A stretch of DNA of 54,736 bases from Candidatus Bathyarchaeia archaeon (GCA_050014495.1 JBEKDF010000018.1:1-54736); one strand, 5' to 3'. Numbered from the stretch's first letter, positions 9,902-20,778 are shown. Program-made: numbers and translations. Notes: generated from the letters alone by a model not told the origin.

Positions 9902-10306
9902 ATGTGTGACTCTGGAAACGACTGCCAACCACAGCAATGCAGACACCACATGATACGCCACAACCCCGAGAGAGGCTGGACAACGTTCCTTTTCCTACGC
10001 CTCATCCATGAGAGGCCCATGCATGGGTACCAGATAATGGAGGAACTAAGCACCAGAGGCTTCCTAAACAAGGAAAGGCTCGAAGCAGGAACCGTCTACA
10101 CGATCCTCCGCAGAATGGAACACCACGGACTCATAACCAGCCAATGGGAGGAGAACACCGAGGGGCCCGACCGCCGAGTCTACACAGCCACAACAGAAGG
10201 AACAATGATACTCAAAGAAGGTCTAGAGACGATGCTCCAACGCAAAGCCCTCCTAGACGACCTCGCAGCCTACTACAAGCAGCGATTCCAGAGCACCAAG
10301 GAGTGA
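9902..10306 (+). CDS. PadR-family transcriptional regulator
   Basis: 'PMHGYQIMEEL', 'GTVYTILRRME..GLI', 'RRVY..T.EG'. Confidence 0.92.
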   Translation: MCDSGNDCQPQQCRHHMIRHNPERGWTTFLFLRLIHERPMHGYQIMEELSTRGFLNKERLEAGTVYTILRRMEHHGLITSQWEENTEGPDRRVYTATTEGTMILKEGLETMLQRKALLDDLAAYYKQRFQSTKE

Positions 10307-10312
10307 AAGAAA

Positions 10313-10582
10313 ATGAGTGAAGAAAAGAAGCCAGAAGTCGAAGAAACATCAGAAGAGCAGACCCAAGAATGCTGTCAAGGCCACGAAGAGCAACATAACG
10401 AAGGATGCGGACACCACGGTCCATGGGGCTACAACGGTGGCCACTGGATGCGCAGGCGCATGATGATGCATTTCGCCTCCATGACTGTCGAGGAAGAAGT
10501 AGAGTTCCTCGAATCAGTGAAGGAACGCCTCGAAGACAGGCTCAGCGTCGTGAACCAGAAACTCGCGAAGCTCAAAGCCTAA
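10313..10582 (+). CDS. small His/Gly-rich protein with C-terminal coiled coil (DUF5320-like)
   Basis: 'EEEVEFLESVKERLEDRL' coiled coil; in an operon with padR. Confidence 0.6.
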   Translation: MSEEKKPEVEETSEEQTQECCQGHEEQHNEGCGHHGPWGYNGGHWMRRRMMMHFASMTVEEEVEFLESVKERLEDRLSVVNQKLAKLKA

Positions 10583-10721
10583 AACCACACAGTAGCTCAG
10601 ACAGCTATTTTTTTAATTTTATCTTCAAAGCGAAGATGAAGAGCGTGAGTATGCTAGACATGAACTCACACTTTATAACCAAGATAGACTAAAACCAAAA
10701 CGACATAGGAACGTCCACCCA

Positions 10722-11048
10722 GTGACATTTAAAAACGAGACTCAACCAACAAACTGCCCACTATGTGGCAAAAACATGATGATGGTCCATGACCTCAAAG
10801 ATTTCAGCATCCAAATCTGCAACACCCATGGAGTCTTCGTCGTGGATAAACCAACGAACGATACATGGGCCTTGGAGGGATTCGACGACAAGATGGGGCC
10901 AATTAAACGCAAATGGTACGCGATAGATAACTACCGGCCCTTAACACTTAATCAATATAGGGATATGGTGAAGAAGGCTAACCTTAAAAGACTGGAAGAA
11001 AAATCGCGCGCAGCTCAACTGAAAAACAATATGGAAAAAGGAGAGTAG
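10722..11048 (+). CDS. hypothetical protein with putative Zn-binding motif
   Basis: CPLC...CNTH. Confidence 0.5.
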   Translation: MTFKNETQPTNCPLCGKNMMMVHDLKDFSIQICNTHGVFVVDKPTNDTWALEGFDDKMGPIKRKWYAIDNYRPLTLNQYRDMVKKANLKRLEEKSRAAQLKNNMEKGE

Positions 11049-11121
11049 ATCATGCGCGTGCTTAAGATCTACGAAAATAGTTTTTATCGAACATCTCCTA
11101 AAAAAGCTTGAGGACCATGGC

Positions 11122-11322
11122 ATGGGTGCGATCTATAAACCGGAGGATGTGAAGAGGCGTAGAATTAGAGACAAGGCTCTAGAGGATCTTGATCCAAACG
11201 TAAGGGAGGCGGCAAAGAGACTAATGGAAGGTTATAAGGGTGAGGAACTCGAGAGAAAGCTCAGTGAGCTCATTGGTTATAAGAAGTTGAAGGATATAAC
11301 AGAAAAAAAAGATGTAAAGTAG
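11122..11322 (+). CDS. small hypothetical protein
   Basis: 66-aa charged ORF with coding-like composition. Confidence 0.5.
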   Translation: MGAIYKPEDVKRRRIRDKALEDLDPNVREAAKRLMEGYKGEELERKLSELIGYKKLKDITEKKDVK

Positions 11323-11490
11323 CCTTTGCTATGCGTTTGATATTTATATGAACTCTCGTGTGCTTATCTCTTTTAATGACCTGCAAAGAAGGAAAAGGGA
11401 TAGCCAATCACACGCGTTTAACAAATCATTTGATTGGGACTAGATTAAACATTAATAATAGGGTAAGTGAATGATGTATGTGGTAAAAAA

Positions 11491-11886
11491 ATGTCAGACA
11501 TTTTTGGTAAGATAAAAAGTGGCGCGGGAAAAGTCGCTAAGGACGCAGACAGAGCGGCACATGTAAAGCGCATAGAGTTAGACATTGGTTCCGTCAGGAA
11601 ACAGATAGAAGATCAATACAAGAAACTAGGTGAGACGACGTACAAGAGCAATGTCAATAATGAGCCTGGTAATCCTGACGCGACAGCCATAATCGCCAAG
11701 ATCACGGAACTGAATAACCAGATTAAGGCTAAGGAGGATGAAATTAAGAAGCTAAATCAAGTTGAAAGTGTACCGCAAACGCCACCGGCAACCCCAGCAC
11801 CGGGTAAAAAAATCTGTACTAGCTGTGGCAAGGAGAACGATGCCTCCGTAAAGTTCTGCTCCGAATGCGGCGCAAAGATGGAGTAA
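11491..11886 (+). CDS. coiled-coil plus C-terminal zinc-ribbon protein
   Basis: 'CTSCG.EN....KFCSECG'; ATG at 11491 preferred over GTG at 11467. Confidence 0.8.
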   Translation: MSDIFGKIKSGAGKVAKDADRAAHVKRIELDIGSVRKQIEDQYKKLGETTYKSNVNNEPGNPDATAIIAKITELNNQIKAKEDEIKKLNQVESVPQTPPATPAPGKKICTSCGKENDASVKFCSECGAKME

Positions 11887-11962
11887 AACAAGAAAATCGT
11901 GTACTCTGAATTACGTGTGTCGCGCACGAAATGTTATTTCTAGCTGGATGTAAGATTAATCC

Positions 11963-12490
11963 ATGTCAGAACAGGTCATCGGGGTAATCCCACACCTTAT
12001 TGAGGCGACGGGAAAAGCAGCAACCAAGGGTTGGATACTAGTCTCGACTAATCAAAAGATCGTGCTAGCCCAGTTCTCAGGTCCGCAGATGCAGGAGGCG
12101 TTAGCCCTGTCAAAGGCCAGGGCTAAGGGGTTCATGGCTAAAATGTTGGCTGGAAAGGTCCTGACGCCTACGGATGTCGTCGAGTACTGTCGTAAGTACT
12201 TCAAGATGACCCCCGAGCAGATCATAGCCGAGACGCCGGGCAACTTCGCCTTAGATCTACCAGGGATAACGAGGGCCTACATCGATTACGAGCAAGAATC
12301 ACGTAGACAAGCACTTGATGAGGGCTCTCACATCCAGTCGGATAGGTACTTGCTAACAATGGAGTCTAACCAGGGGGATTACAAGTACGTCTTCGACGCG
12401 GACCCGCAGGATATGAGTGTCCTTAAGGCGGCTCTAGGGGACAGGGTTCACGGCGATGGCCGCGCAAAGGCCCTGAAACCCAATTTTTAG
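11963..12490 (+). CDS. hypothetical protein
   Basis: 175-aa ORF with coding-like composition. Confidence 0.6.
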   Translation: MSEQVIGVIPHLIEATGKAATKGWILVSTNQKIVLAQFSGPQMQEALALSKARAKGFMAKMLAGKVLTPTDVVEYCRKYFKMTPEQIIAETPGNFALDLPGITRAYIDYEQESRRQALDEGSHIQSDRYLLTMESNQGDYKYVFDADPQDMSVLKAALGDRVHGDGRAKALKPNF

Positions 12491-12562
12491 GCGATTCCAT
12501 CGCCAAAAAGATCCAACTCAAATCTTAACTTTAGGTTAGGGCAACATGTAAACAGGGTTCTT

Positions 12563-14026
12563 ATGAACACAAAAAAGTTCACAATTCTTCACTCAAACGA
12601 CATGCATGGAGACTTCCTCGCCGAGAGTGCGGCAGGGGAGACCAAGCTCATCGGGGGCCTCGCACTTCTCAGCGGGTATATAAACAAAGTGAGGAGGGAG
12701 GAGGAGAACGTCCTCTATGTCATTGCGGGAGATATGCTTCAGGGCTCACTCATCGACTCCGAATACAAGGGAGTCTCAACAATGGGGCTCATGAACTACC
12801 TCGCGCCCGATGTCGTCGCCCTTGGGAACCACGAGTTCGACTACGGCCTCTCCCATCTACTGTTCCTCGAGAAGGTCGCCAACTTCCCCATCGTAAACGC
12901 AAACCTCTACATCAAGCCATACAGCAAGAGGCTGATGAGACCCTATCTCATCCTAACAAAAGCAGGCTTCGACATCCTGTTTACCGGAATAATAACCGAG
13001 AAGGTCATGGACACGATAAAGATGGACCCCCTGATCAGCAGCTTTATCACACTCCAAGATGCGAGCAACGAGATCGGAAAGATATGCAACGCCTACAAGA
13101 ACGACGACATCGACCTCACTATTCTCCTCACACATATCGGCTTCGACTCAGACGTGGAGTTGGCTAAGCTTCTCCACCCAGACTGGGGGGTCGACATCAT
13201 CGTTGGTGGACACAGCCACACAATCCTTGAGAAACCAGCGTTCGAGAACGGCGTCATAATCGTGCAAGCGGGAGTAGGCACGACCCATATCGGTAGGCTG
13301 GACGTGGTTGTAGATGATGACACAAACAGCGTGGTTGAGTACAAGTGGCAGCTAATACCTATAGATGAGGACATTGCGGAACCCGACAAGGAGCTGTCAA
13401 AGTACATTGACACATATCAGCAGGAGGTAGACCAGAAGTATAATGCAATCATCTGCAAACTGGCAGTTGAGCACACTCATCCGCAGCGTGAAGTAGAGAC
13501 CTCACTCGGGAACCTCTTCGCAGATGCCTTCGCGGATAACGCTGAGTGCCACGTCATGTTCGTCGCAAGTGGCTCAATAAGGAGCCAGAAACTGGGGCCA
13601 CTAGTGACCATGCGGGATCTCCTCACCTGCTTCCCCTACAACGATGTCATAACGAGGTACACTTTGACCGGGGAGCAGCTCACCCGCGTGTTTAAACACA
13701 TCATGCGTAAGGAAAACCGGAACAGTGAAGGAGAGTGCTACCAAGTGAACGGCCGAGTCAGGGCAACCTACAGCGACGGCGAGAAGAGACTAGTCTCGCT
13801 AAAGATAGATGATGAGGACATCGACCCCACTAAGCAATACACGATCTGCCTGCAGGATTACCACGCTAAAAACTCGCAGGCGTACCTCGACGTATCCCAG
13901 GAGGAACTCAACGCCATCAAGACCAAGGTGGTTTCCACATCATCCTTCGAGGTCCTCGAGGAGTATCTCAAGAATAACCAGAACACGAGTAGACGTGTCG
14001 AAGGCAGACTCGTCTTCCAACCATAA
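12563..14026 (+). CDS. bifunctional metallophosphatase/5'-nucleotidase
   Basis: 'HSNDMHG', 'AGD', 'LGNHEFDYG', 'LTHIG', 'GGHSHT' plus C-terminal 5'-nucleotidase domain. Confidence 0.92.
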   Translation: MNTKKFTILHSNDMHGDFLAESAAGETKLIGGLALLSGYINKVRREEENVLYVIAGDMLQGSLIDSEYKGVSTMGLMNYLAPDVVALGNHEFDYGLSHLLFLEKVANFPIVNANLYIKPYSKRLMRPYLILTKAGFDILFTGIITEKVMDTIKMDPLISSFITLQDASNEIGKICNAYKNDDIDLTILLTHIGFDSDVELAKLLHPDWGVDIIVGGHSHTILEKPAFENGVIIVQAGVGTTHIGRLDVVVDDDTNSVVEYKWQLIPIDEDIAEPDKELSKYIDTYQQEVDQKYNAIICKLAVEHTHPQREVETSLGNLFADAFADNAECHVMFVASGSIRSQKLGPLVTMRDLLTCFPYNDVITRYTLTGEQLTRVFKHIMRKENRNSEGECYQVNGRVRATYSDGEKRLVSLKIDDEDIDPTKQYTICLQDYHAKNSQAYLDVSQEELNAIKTKVVSTSSFEVLEEYLKNNQNTSRRVEGRLVFQP

Positions 14027-14480
14027 TAGAAAGATAAGTTAAAAATTCACATCACACGTGCGCATAATCTTAATGGTTTTGTAACTGGTGTGTGTGAATA
14101 GAAATGCTATTAAGTATATTAGTAGCTACTATTATACTAGGGAGTGGGGGATCTGCCAAGGTTTACACTTCTTCTAAACCCCCAATCCCACTCTTTAAAA
14201 ACTAGACAGCTTAAACATGCTCTATTTAAGTTATTAAACTGACTAATTGGTAGAATGAAGTCTGGGACATAGATCTGAGCTTAACATCCCTCATAATTTA
14301 GTCTCCGACCCGGTTCCCACCCATTTTTAGATATTGAATTTTAATTAGCAAGAGTATTCTTCAGCGCACAAATTAAGTTTAAACCACAAATTCTATCAGG
14401 TCTTAGACTCGCATAATAAGAATCTAAAGACTCAACGTCTCACAACACTTTTTAGAAAGGCTTACTGATAGACCTGAATC

Positions 14481-15005
14481 ATGAAAACACTAACCGCCTA
14501 CTACTCGAGATCCGGAAACACGAAGAAGGTAGCTGAGGCGATCTCGAAGGCCATCGGCAGCGACCTAGAGGAGATAACTGAACCCAGAGGCAGAGGAGGC
14601 CTCCTAGGTTTCTTACGATCAGGCAGTGAGGCACGAGGGGAGAAGACGTCGAATATTAATCCGCCTAAAAACGATCCAGCTAACTACGACTTGCTCATCG
14701 TAGGAACACCAATCTGGGCCGGAAATCTCTCCAGTCCAGTACGAGCCTATCTAGCAAGGGTAGCCGGTAAAACGAAGAGAGTAGCATACTTCGTGACACT
14801 CGCAGGAGATGACTACACTAAAACAATAGTCGACATGGAAAAGATCGCGGGTCACCCCGAGGCAACCTTAACCATTCGCCAAACTGAGCTGAAGAACCCC
14901 TCTTACATAGAGAAAGTTAACAAGTTTGTTGACAGCATAAAAAGAATAAAAAACTGTGCACATTCTGTTTCCGTTAATTATCAGTTAGTATGCGCGACCC
15001 AATAG
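14481..15005 (+). CDS. flavodoxin family protein
   Basis: 'YYSRSGNTKKVA', 'YDLLIVGTPIW'. Confidence 0.9.
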   Translation: MKTLTAYYSRSGNTKKVAEAISKAIGSDLEEITEPRGRGGLLGFLRSGSEARGEKTSNINPPKNDPANYDLLIVGTPIWAGNLSSPVRAYLARVAGKTKRVAYFVTLAGDDYTKTIVDMEKIAGHPEATLTIRQTELKNPSYIEKVNKFVDSIKRIKNCAHSVSVNYQLVCATQ

Positions 15006-15047
15006 CTACGCTTACACACTAAATATCGCCGGACCATTATTTCAGAC

Positions 15048-16781
15048 ATGGAGTTCACTACTCGACCAGTGGTTATGGGCACAAATGGGATGGTGACATC
15101 TAGTCACTATCTCGCCACAGAAGTTGGGCATCATGCCCTCAAACGGGGAGGAAACGTCGTAGACGCTGCCGTGAGCATGTGGTTCACCCTAACCCTCACG
15201 AAACCAGACCTCGTCGGCATCGCTGGAGAGGTCCCGGTGTTGCTGTACCTCTCCGAAGAAGAAAAGGTTCTTACAATCAACGGTTCAGGCCCAGCCCCCA
15301 AGAAGGCAACCATTAAATGGTTCAAAGACAACGACTACGACCTCATACCAGAGGACGGCTTCACACCCGCCATAGTCCCAGGCGCCTTCGACGCCTGGCT
15401 CATGACACTGGACATGTATGGTACATTCAGTCTCGCAGACTGCCTCGCACCGAGTCTAAGAATAGCATCGGAAGGCTACCCAGTGCAGTCATCCATGGTA
15501 CATAGCCTAGAGCTCTCAGAGGAGCGCTTCAAGAGAGAGTGGCCAGCATCCACCAAGATCTACCTACCAGAAGGAAAACCACCGCACATTGGACAAGTAG
15601 TCACCAATCACGACTGGGCTCGGACCTTCGGGAAGATTACTGAGCTTGAGAAAAGTGAGAGTAGGGTCAGCAGAACCTCAGCAATAACCGCATGCCGAGA
15701 TTACTTCTACAGAGGCCCCATAGCTGAGAAGGTAATAAACTTCATGGACACCTTCAGATGCCACGACGTCTACGGTCAGGAGCACACAGGCCTACTAACC
15801 CTCGAGGACCTAGAGAGTTATCACGCAAAGATTGAGGAACCTATCTCGAGTAATTATCGTGGCCTCGACATCTACAAGTGTGGCCCATGGACCCAAGGCC
15901 CCGTCCAACTGGAGCTATACAACCTCCTCGAGGGATTCGATCTCAAAAATATGGGTCACAACAGCGTGGACTACATACACACTTGGACCGAATGCGCCAA
16001 GCTAGTCTACGCAGACCGAGAATACTACTATGGGGACCCGGACTTCACAGATGTTCCGCTTAAGATGCTACTATCGAAGGACTATGCTGATGAGAGACGT
16101 GAGTTAGTGAATTCAGAGGAGGCATCGATGCGTCTTAGGCCAGGACGCGCGGACCCAATAACACTCGAGGCAACGACCCGACAAGGCTTCCTAGAGGGAG
16201 ACACCGTTCACTGCGAGGCAATAGACTCTTCAGGAAATATGATTTCAGCCACACCCAGTGGAGGCTGGATCAGGACGAGCCCACTCGTACCTGGTCTAGG
16301 ATTTCCCATGGGAACCCGTGCTCAGCAATTTGATTTAAAGCCGGGAAGCCCTAACTGCCTCGCACCGGGGAAGAAGCCTCGGATCACACTCACGCCGAGT
16401 CTGGTCATGAGGGATGGTGAGCCCTATATGGTCTATGGGACGCCTGGTGGAGACGGGCAGGACCAGTGGACGAGTCAATTCTTCCTCAACTATGTCGAAT
16501 TTGGCATGGATGTCCAGTTGGCCCTCGACATGCCAACTGTACACACCAACCACTTCACCGGAAGCTTCTGGCCCAAAATGGTTCGTCCAGGTGAGCTCCG
16601 CATTGAATCCCCGATACCCGAGGCAGTGATTGAGGGTTTGACTAAAAAGGGTCACAAGGTCGTTATTGACAAGCCCTGGAGTCATGGAAGGTGTCTAGCC
16701 ATAAGGTTTGACCCCAAAACCGGTGTAAAGTACGGTGGGGCCAGCCCCCGCACAGGCGACAGTTACGCCCTCGGTTGGTAA
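15048..16781 (+). CDS. gamma-glutamyltransferase family (Ntn hydrolase)
   Basis: 'GGNVVDAAV', 'VPG', 'ADR..YYGDP', autocleavage 'DTVH', 'PGKKPRITLTP', 'GTPGGD'. Confidence 0.9.
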   Translation: MEFTTRPVVMGTNGMVTSSHYLATEVGHHALKRGGNVVDAAVSMWFTLTLTKPDLVGIAGEVPVLLYLSEEEKVLTINGSGPAPKKATIKWFKDNDYDLIPEDGFTPAIVPGAFDAWLMTLDMYGTFSLADCLAPSLRIASEGYPVQSSMVHSLELSEERFKREWPASTKIYLPEGKPPHIGQVVTNHDWARTFGKITELEKSESRVSRTSAITACRDYFYRGPIAEKVINFMDTFRCHDVYGQEHTGLLTLEDLESYHAKIEEPISSNYRGLDIYKCGPWTQGPVQLELYNLLEGFDLKNMGHNSVDYIHTWTECAKLVYADREYYYGDPDFTDVPLKMLLSKDYADERRELVNSEEASMRLRPGRADPITLEATTRQGFLEGDTVHCEAIDSSGNMISATPSGGWIRTSPLVPGLGFPMGTRAQQFDLKPGSPNCLAPGKKPRITLTPSLVMRDGEPYMVYGTPGGDGQDQWTSQFFLNYVEFGMDVQLALDMPTVHTNHFTGSFWPKMVRPGELRIESPIPEAVIEGLTKKGHKVVIDKPWSHGRCLAIRFDPKTGVKYGGASPRTGDSYALGW

Positions 16782-16851
16782 AGAGCCTACTAGGTATCAC
16801 GATATTGGGAAGAAACGCATCTATTATCTGATCTGCTTGCGCGCTTTTCTC

Positions 16852-18075
16852 TCAGATCTTGCTGAGGTAAAAGAGGATTAACGCGACTAGGAAGAGGGCT
16901 CCCGAGAGGATGAAGAGTGTCTCGAAGCCATAGAGAGTTGGGATGAGGCCACCTGTGTAGTTGCCCACAGCTCCGCCCAAACTCGCAAACGCGTCATAGA
17001 GGCCAAGGGTTCCAGGCTGGGCATAGAGGAGGGTAACTAGACCATACCCAACCGAGTAAATCGACCAAGAGACCGCGATGAGTGAGAGCACTATCGCCGC
17101 GAGAACGATTGAGTAGGGCATCGGCAACAGCAAAATAAAGGGAATCATAAGTACGAGAGCGACCCTCATCAAAGTGCCAAGTTTGACGCTGGCCCCACCA
17201 TTGGAGCCGAAGACTTGATTGACGAAGAGGTAACTGAGGGCCCCGAAAACGCTTCTGACGAGGAAGACGACGAATATTAGAGAGCTAGTGAAGTTAGCTC
17301 TAGTCAAAAGGAAAATGGACAAAGTCGTGAAGGCATTAGAGGCAGCAAATGCGAAAACGGCTCTCCCAAGCCCGAATAACCTCATGTTCGCTGATTGACT
17401 AAACCTCCAGTCGCCCCCGAAATCAGGGATAACTGATCCATCCGCTGCTAAGTGGTAAGAGAAGTCCTCCATTTTATCAACCACACCTTCGAACCTGTCG
17501 AGACTACGTTCGATATAGAGGGGGGAGTCACGCAGACTCAACAACGCTACAACGAAGGATATCAGAATGAGCGGGCACGCTATGAAGAGCAGGACCTTGT
17601 ACCCTACAACACCAACTAACAGTGCACATAATACTAGGCCCATCACGGTTCCAAGACCCTCAAAGAAGCCCTCCCTACCGATCACTTTGCTTCTATTCTT
17701 TCTATCAAAGGTCTCCGCAATCAGGACATTGGTTGAGGGACCCCTCAGATAGTTCGCTAACTCGAGGGCAACATAGAGTAGCTGGAAGATGATAATGCTC
17801 GTGGTGTTTGTCATCAAGTAGACCAAAACAGAAGCCGCGAGGAAAGAGAGTATTATGAATGGCTTCGAGACTCTGCTCCGATCAGGCAAAGACCCGATGA
17901 AGATGGAGGCTGGTATCAGCAGAGCAGAGGCAGCGAATGTCATTAAACCAAGGTCGATTAGGCTTCCACCTAGACTCTGTATGAGGTAGAGTGGAATAAG
18001 TGTCCCGAGGATACCCTCGGCTATCCCGTTTGGGAAGAAGGTAAGATACAGTGGAAGTTGGTTGTCCCTCTCCAA
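16852..18075 (-). CDS. MFS transporter
   Basis: About 12 TM segments in two halves; 'GSLPDR' motif-A-like loop. Confidence 0.8.
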   Translation of the reverse strand: MERDNQLPLYLTFFPNGIAEGILGTLIPLYLIQSLGGSLIDLGLMTFAASALLIPASIFIGSLPDRSRVSKPFIILSFLAASVLVYLMTNTTSIIIFQLLYVALELANYLRGPSTNVLIAETFDRKNRSKVIGREGFFEGLGTVMGLVLCALLVGVVGYKVLLFIACPLILISFVVALLSLRDSPLYIERSLDRFEGVVDKMEDFSYHLAADGSVIPDFGGDWRFSQSANMRLFGLGRAVFAFAASNAFTTLSIFLLTRANFTSSLIFVVFLVRSVFGALSYLFVNQVFGSNGGASVKLGTLMRVALVLMIPFILLLPMPYSIVLAAIVLSLIAVSWSIYSVGYGLVTLLYAQPGTLGLYDAFASLGGAVGNYTGGLIPTLYGFETLFILSGALFLVALILFYLSKI

Positions 18076-18380
18076 GAAACATAGCTCCCTAGCATAGTCC
18101 TAGTAAAGATCCCTATCTTCATGCAATTGTATGATTCAGTCATTTAATTCTTGCCTGAGGATAGCGATAATTTCCCGCGATTTAGGTTCGTGCGCGCAAT
18201 CAGAGTTATCGTGAGTCGAAATAACACAAAACCTGGATCCGTGTGCAGTTGGTATAGGGACCTATCTGATTACCATTTAGGGAAACCAAAGAAATACCTT
18301 GTTTTCAGACCCAAGAATGACGACAATCATATAAGATAACTTTTCTCTCCCACGCACTGAGCTTAATTTTAACTTCTAGC

Positions 18381-18896
18381 CTATTTTTCTGGGTGTTTGA
18401 TCACTACATATTTTTCTATCTCATTGCATTTAACTGCCAAATTCCCACCCTTTTTTGGATTAGGATGAAACGTGTATACGCAGCTCCCCGCCTCATCCAA
18501 CTGTAGTTCAGAGGAGGCCGTGACCCTAATTGGAACTTCTGAGGCCCATTCCATAGCTGTTCCATGAAGTTTGACGCTGTAGGTCCCCTTCGGCACATCT
18601 CTTAGAGTATATTGCGCCACACCATTCACGACATTAACTTTCTTTGAGATCCAAAGTAGAAATTTGGCTGCCACATTCAGGGTTGCCACGTTTTTCGCCT
18701 CGATGAGTAGTCTGTTTTTTGGCCAAGGCACCTTAACCTTATTGATCTGCGCCGAGAACTTCTTGTCTATTATGGGTAAGGATTCCTCATAATTGATCTC
18801 GATGGGAACCCTCTCATCACATGATCCCTTTATCATGATATTGATCATGTCCCCTGGTTTTGGGTTCGGGGGTGTGATTTCTATGTCTTTAACCAA
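18381..18896 (-). CDS. hypothetical beta-rich protein
   Basis: 171-aa ORF; 'ITPPNPKPGD' N-terminus. Confidence 0.55.
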   Translation of the reverse strand: MVKDIEITPPNPKPGDMINIMIKGSCDERVPIEINYEESLPIIDKKFSAQINKVKVPWPKNRLLIEAKNVATLNVAAKFLLWISKKVNVVNGVAQYTLRDVPKGTYSVKLHGTAMEWASEVPIRVTASSELQLDEAGSCVYTFHPNPKKGGNLAVKCNEIEKYVVIKHPEK

Positions 18897-19110
18897 AGGC
18901 GTATTATTAAATAGCGTCGCGACTTTTAACTGAGTCCCCCTTTTTAAAAGGAATAATGCATTTATCCTACTCTTCTAAAAGGCTTATACAGAGTTAAGGA
19001 AATAGATTCAATCCATTAATCAATCTACTAGCCACAAGGAAAAGATCCATCTGAATGCCTAGCCTACGAGAGCACTTGATTTAAACACTGGGACTACAAT
19101 CTGACAATTA

Positions 19111-20739
19111 CTGGCTCCTCCGATAAAAAGGCTAAAAGAAATCGCCTCAATACTTACAAGATACGGCTTCGAGATCACGGTACGCGACCTGATCCCAACG
19201 AAAATAGAGGAGAGACTTCATAAACAAAATCCGAAGATAGCGAACCTCAACGTCTACAGACGTTTCCGCCTCGCCATCCAAGATCTGGGCCCAGTATTCG
19301 TCAAATTTGGTCAGATAATGAGCACACGCCCGGAACTCATGCCACCCGAATTGATAAACGAGTTAAAGATGCTCAACGACAAAGTCGAACCCGTACCCTT
19401 TGGAGAAATCAGGTCACTAATAGAGGAACACACCGGCCCGATTGAGAACCGCTTCATATATCTAAATGAGCGCCCCTTCGCAGCAGCCAGTCTCAGCCAG
19501 GCACATCAAGGGAAGCTGAAAGACGGATCAGTCGTCGTCCTGAAGGTTCAACGCCCAGGAATAAGGGAGAAAGTTGCTATCGATCTAGGCATACTCAAGT
19601 TCTTAGCTGATAAGGTCGACTCGACGTTTATTGATCTAAAGATATACAATTTCCCCGGAATAGTTGAGGACTTCTCGAGGCAGATTAATGCGGAGCTCGA
19701 CTTCATTCGAGACGGAAAAAACGCAGATCTTCTGGCTAAAAACATGAGTACCCTAAAAGGTATTCGGGTGCCCAAAATCTACTGGGAATACAGCGGGCAA
19801 AGCATACTGGTTATGGAGTACATACGCGGGGTTCGCATAGACTACATATTTGGGCTAAAAAAGATGGGTGTGGACACCCATGTGATCGCCATTAACGGTT
19901 TACACGCTTATTTGAAACAGATATTCCAAGACGGATTCTTCCACGGTGATCCACACCCCGGTAACCTTCTGGTCACTCCTAAGGGGGACATCGCCTTCCT
20001 AGATTTTGGTCTAGTAGGCATACTCCGACCCGAGAAAAGGGATCTACTGCTAAGATTGCTACTCGGAGTCATAAACTCGGATGTTAACGAAATTGTTCGA
20101 GTCTTTAATCAACTAGGCGTGAGGATCAATGATCGATGGGTAGAATCCTTCAAGGACGACCTTTACCTAGGCTTGCTTGAGAGTCAGAGTTCTAGCTCAG
20201 GAAAACCCAACACGGAAGCCTTCGTGGGTGTGACAGCCACTATGCGGAAGTACCATCTTCAGGTCCCAACGGTGGCCGTGCTCATGATCAAGGTGATCAT
20301 GATGTTGGGCGATGACATCTCGAAGCTCTACCCAGAGTTCAACTTTTTAGAAGAGGTTCGCCCATATCTAGGTGAGATCGTTAAGGAAAGGATAATTGAC
20401 CAAGCGAAAAAGACGATCAGAAACATATCAGATTTGCAACAGGGAATTTTCGAGATTCCACAAAACTTCAATGAAGCAACCAGAAGGATCTCAAGTGGTA
20501 ATTTCGGGCTTAGATTAGCACATGATGACATTGAGAGACTAAGCAGAAGAATCGACAGAGCTACCTACAGGGTTCTGCTTGGCATGGTTCTCGCCTCTAT
20601 TGTAATAGGACTTAGCAGTATTGTTCTTGTTTTAAAGAACAGTTTATCACAAGAGTATTTTGGTGTAATTATTGGGGTTTATATTGTATCGATCATCATC
20701 GGTATTATTTCAGGATACTATATAATGAAGAATAGATAA
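19111..20739 (+). CDS. ABC1/UbiB (AarF) family atypical kinase; probable CTG start
   Basis: Frame is open upstream of ATG 19318 with conserved 'RLKEIASILTRYGF...FRLAIQDLGPVFVKFGQIMSTRP'; also 'AAASLSQAH', 'KVQRP', 'FFHGDPHPGN', 'DFG'. Confidence 0.85.
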   Translation: MAPPIKRLKEIASILTRYGFEITVRDLIPTKIEERLHKQNPKIANLNVYRRFRLAIQDLGPVFVKFGQIMSTRPELMPPELINELKMLNDKVEPVPFGEIRSLIEEHTGPIENRFIYLNERPFAAASLSQAHQGKLKDGSVVVLKVQRPGIREKVAIDLGILKFLADKVDSTFIDLKIYNFPGIVEDFSRQINAELDFIRDGKNADLLAKNMSTLKGIRVPKIYWEYSGQSILVMEYIRGVRIDYIFGLKKMGVDTHVIAINGLHAYLKQIFQDGFFHGDPHPGNLLVTPKGDIAFLDFGLVGILRPEKRDLLLRLLLGVINSDVNEIVRVFNQLGVRINDRWVESFKDDLYLGLLESQSSSSGKPNTEAFVGVTATMRKYHLQVPTVAVLMIKVIMMLGDDISKLYPEFNFLEEVRPYLGEIVKERIIDQAKKTIRNISDLQQGIFEIPQNFNEATRRISSGNFGLRLAHDDIERLSRRIDRATYRVLLGMVLASIVIGLSSIVLVLKNSLSQEYFGVIIGVYIVSIIIGIISGYYIMKNR

Positions 20740-20778
20740 GTCATATTTTCTATTTGTGGTTTTTAGTTGAGATAAACT

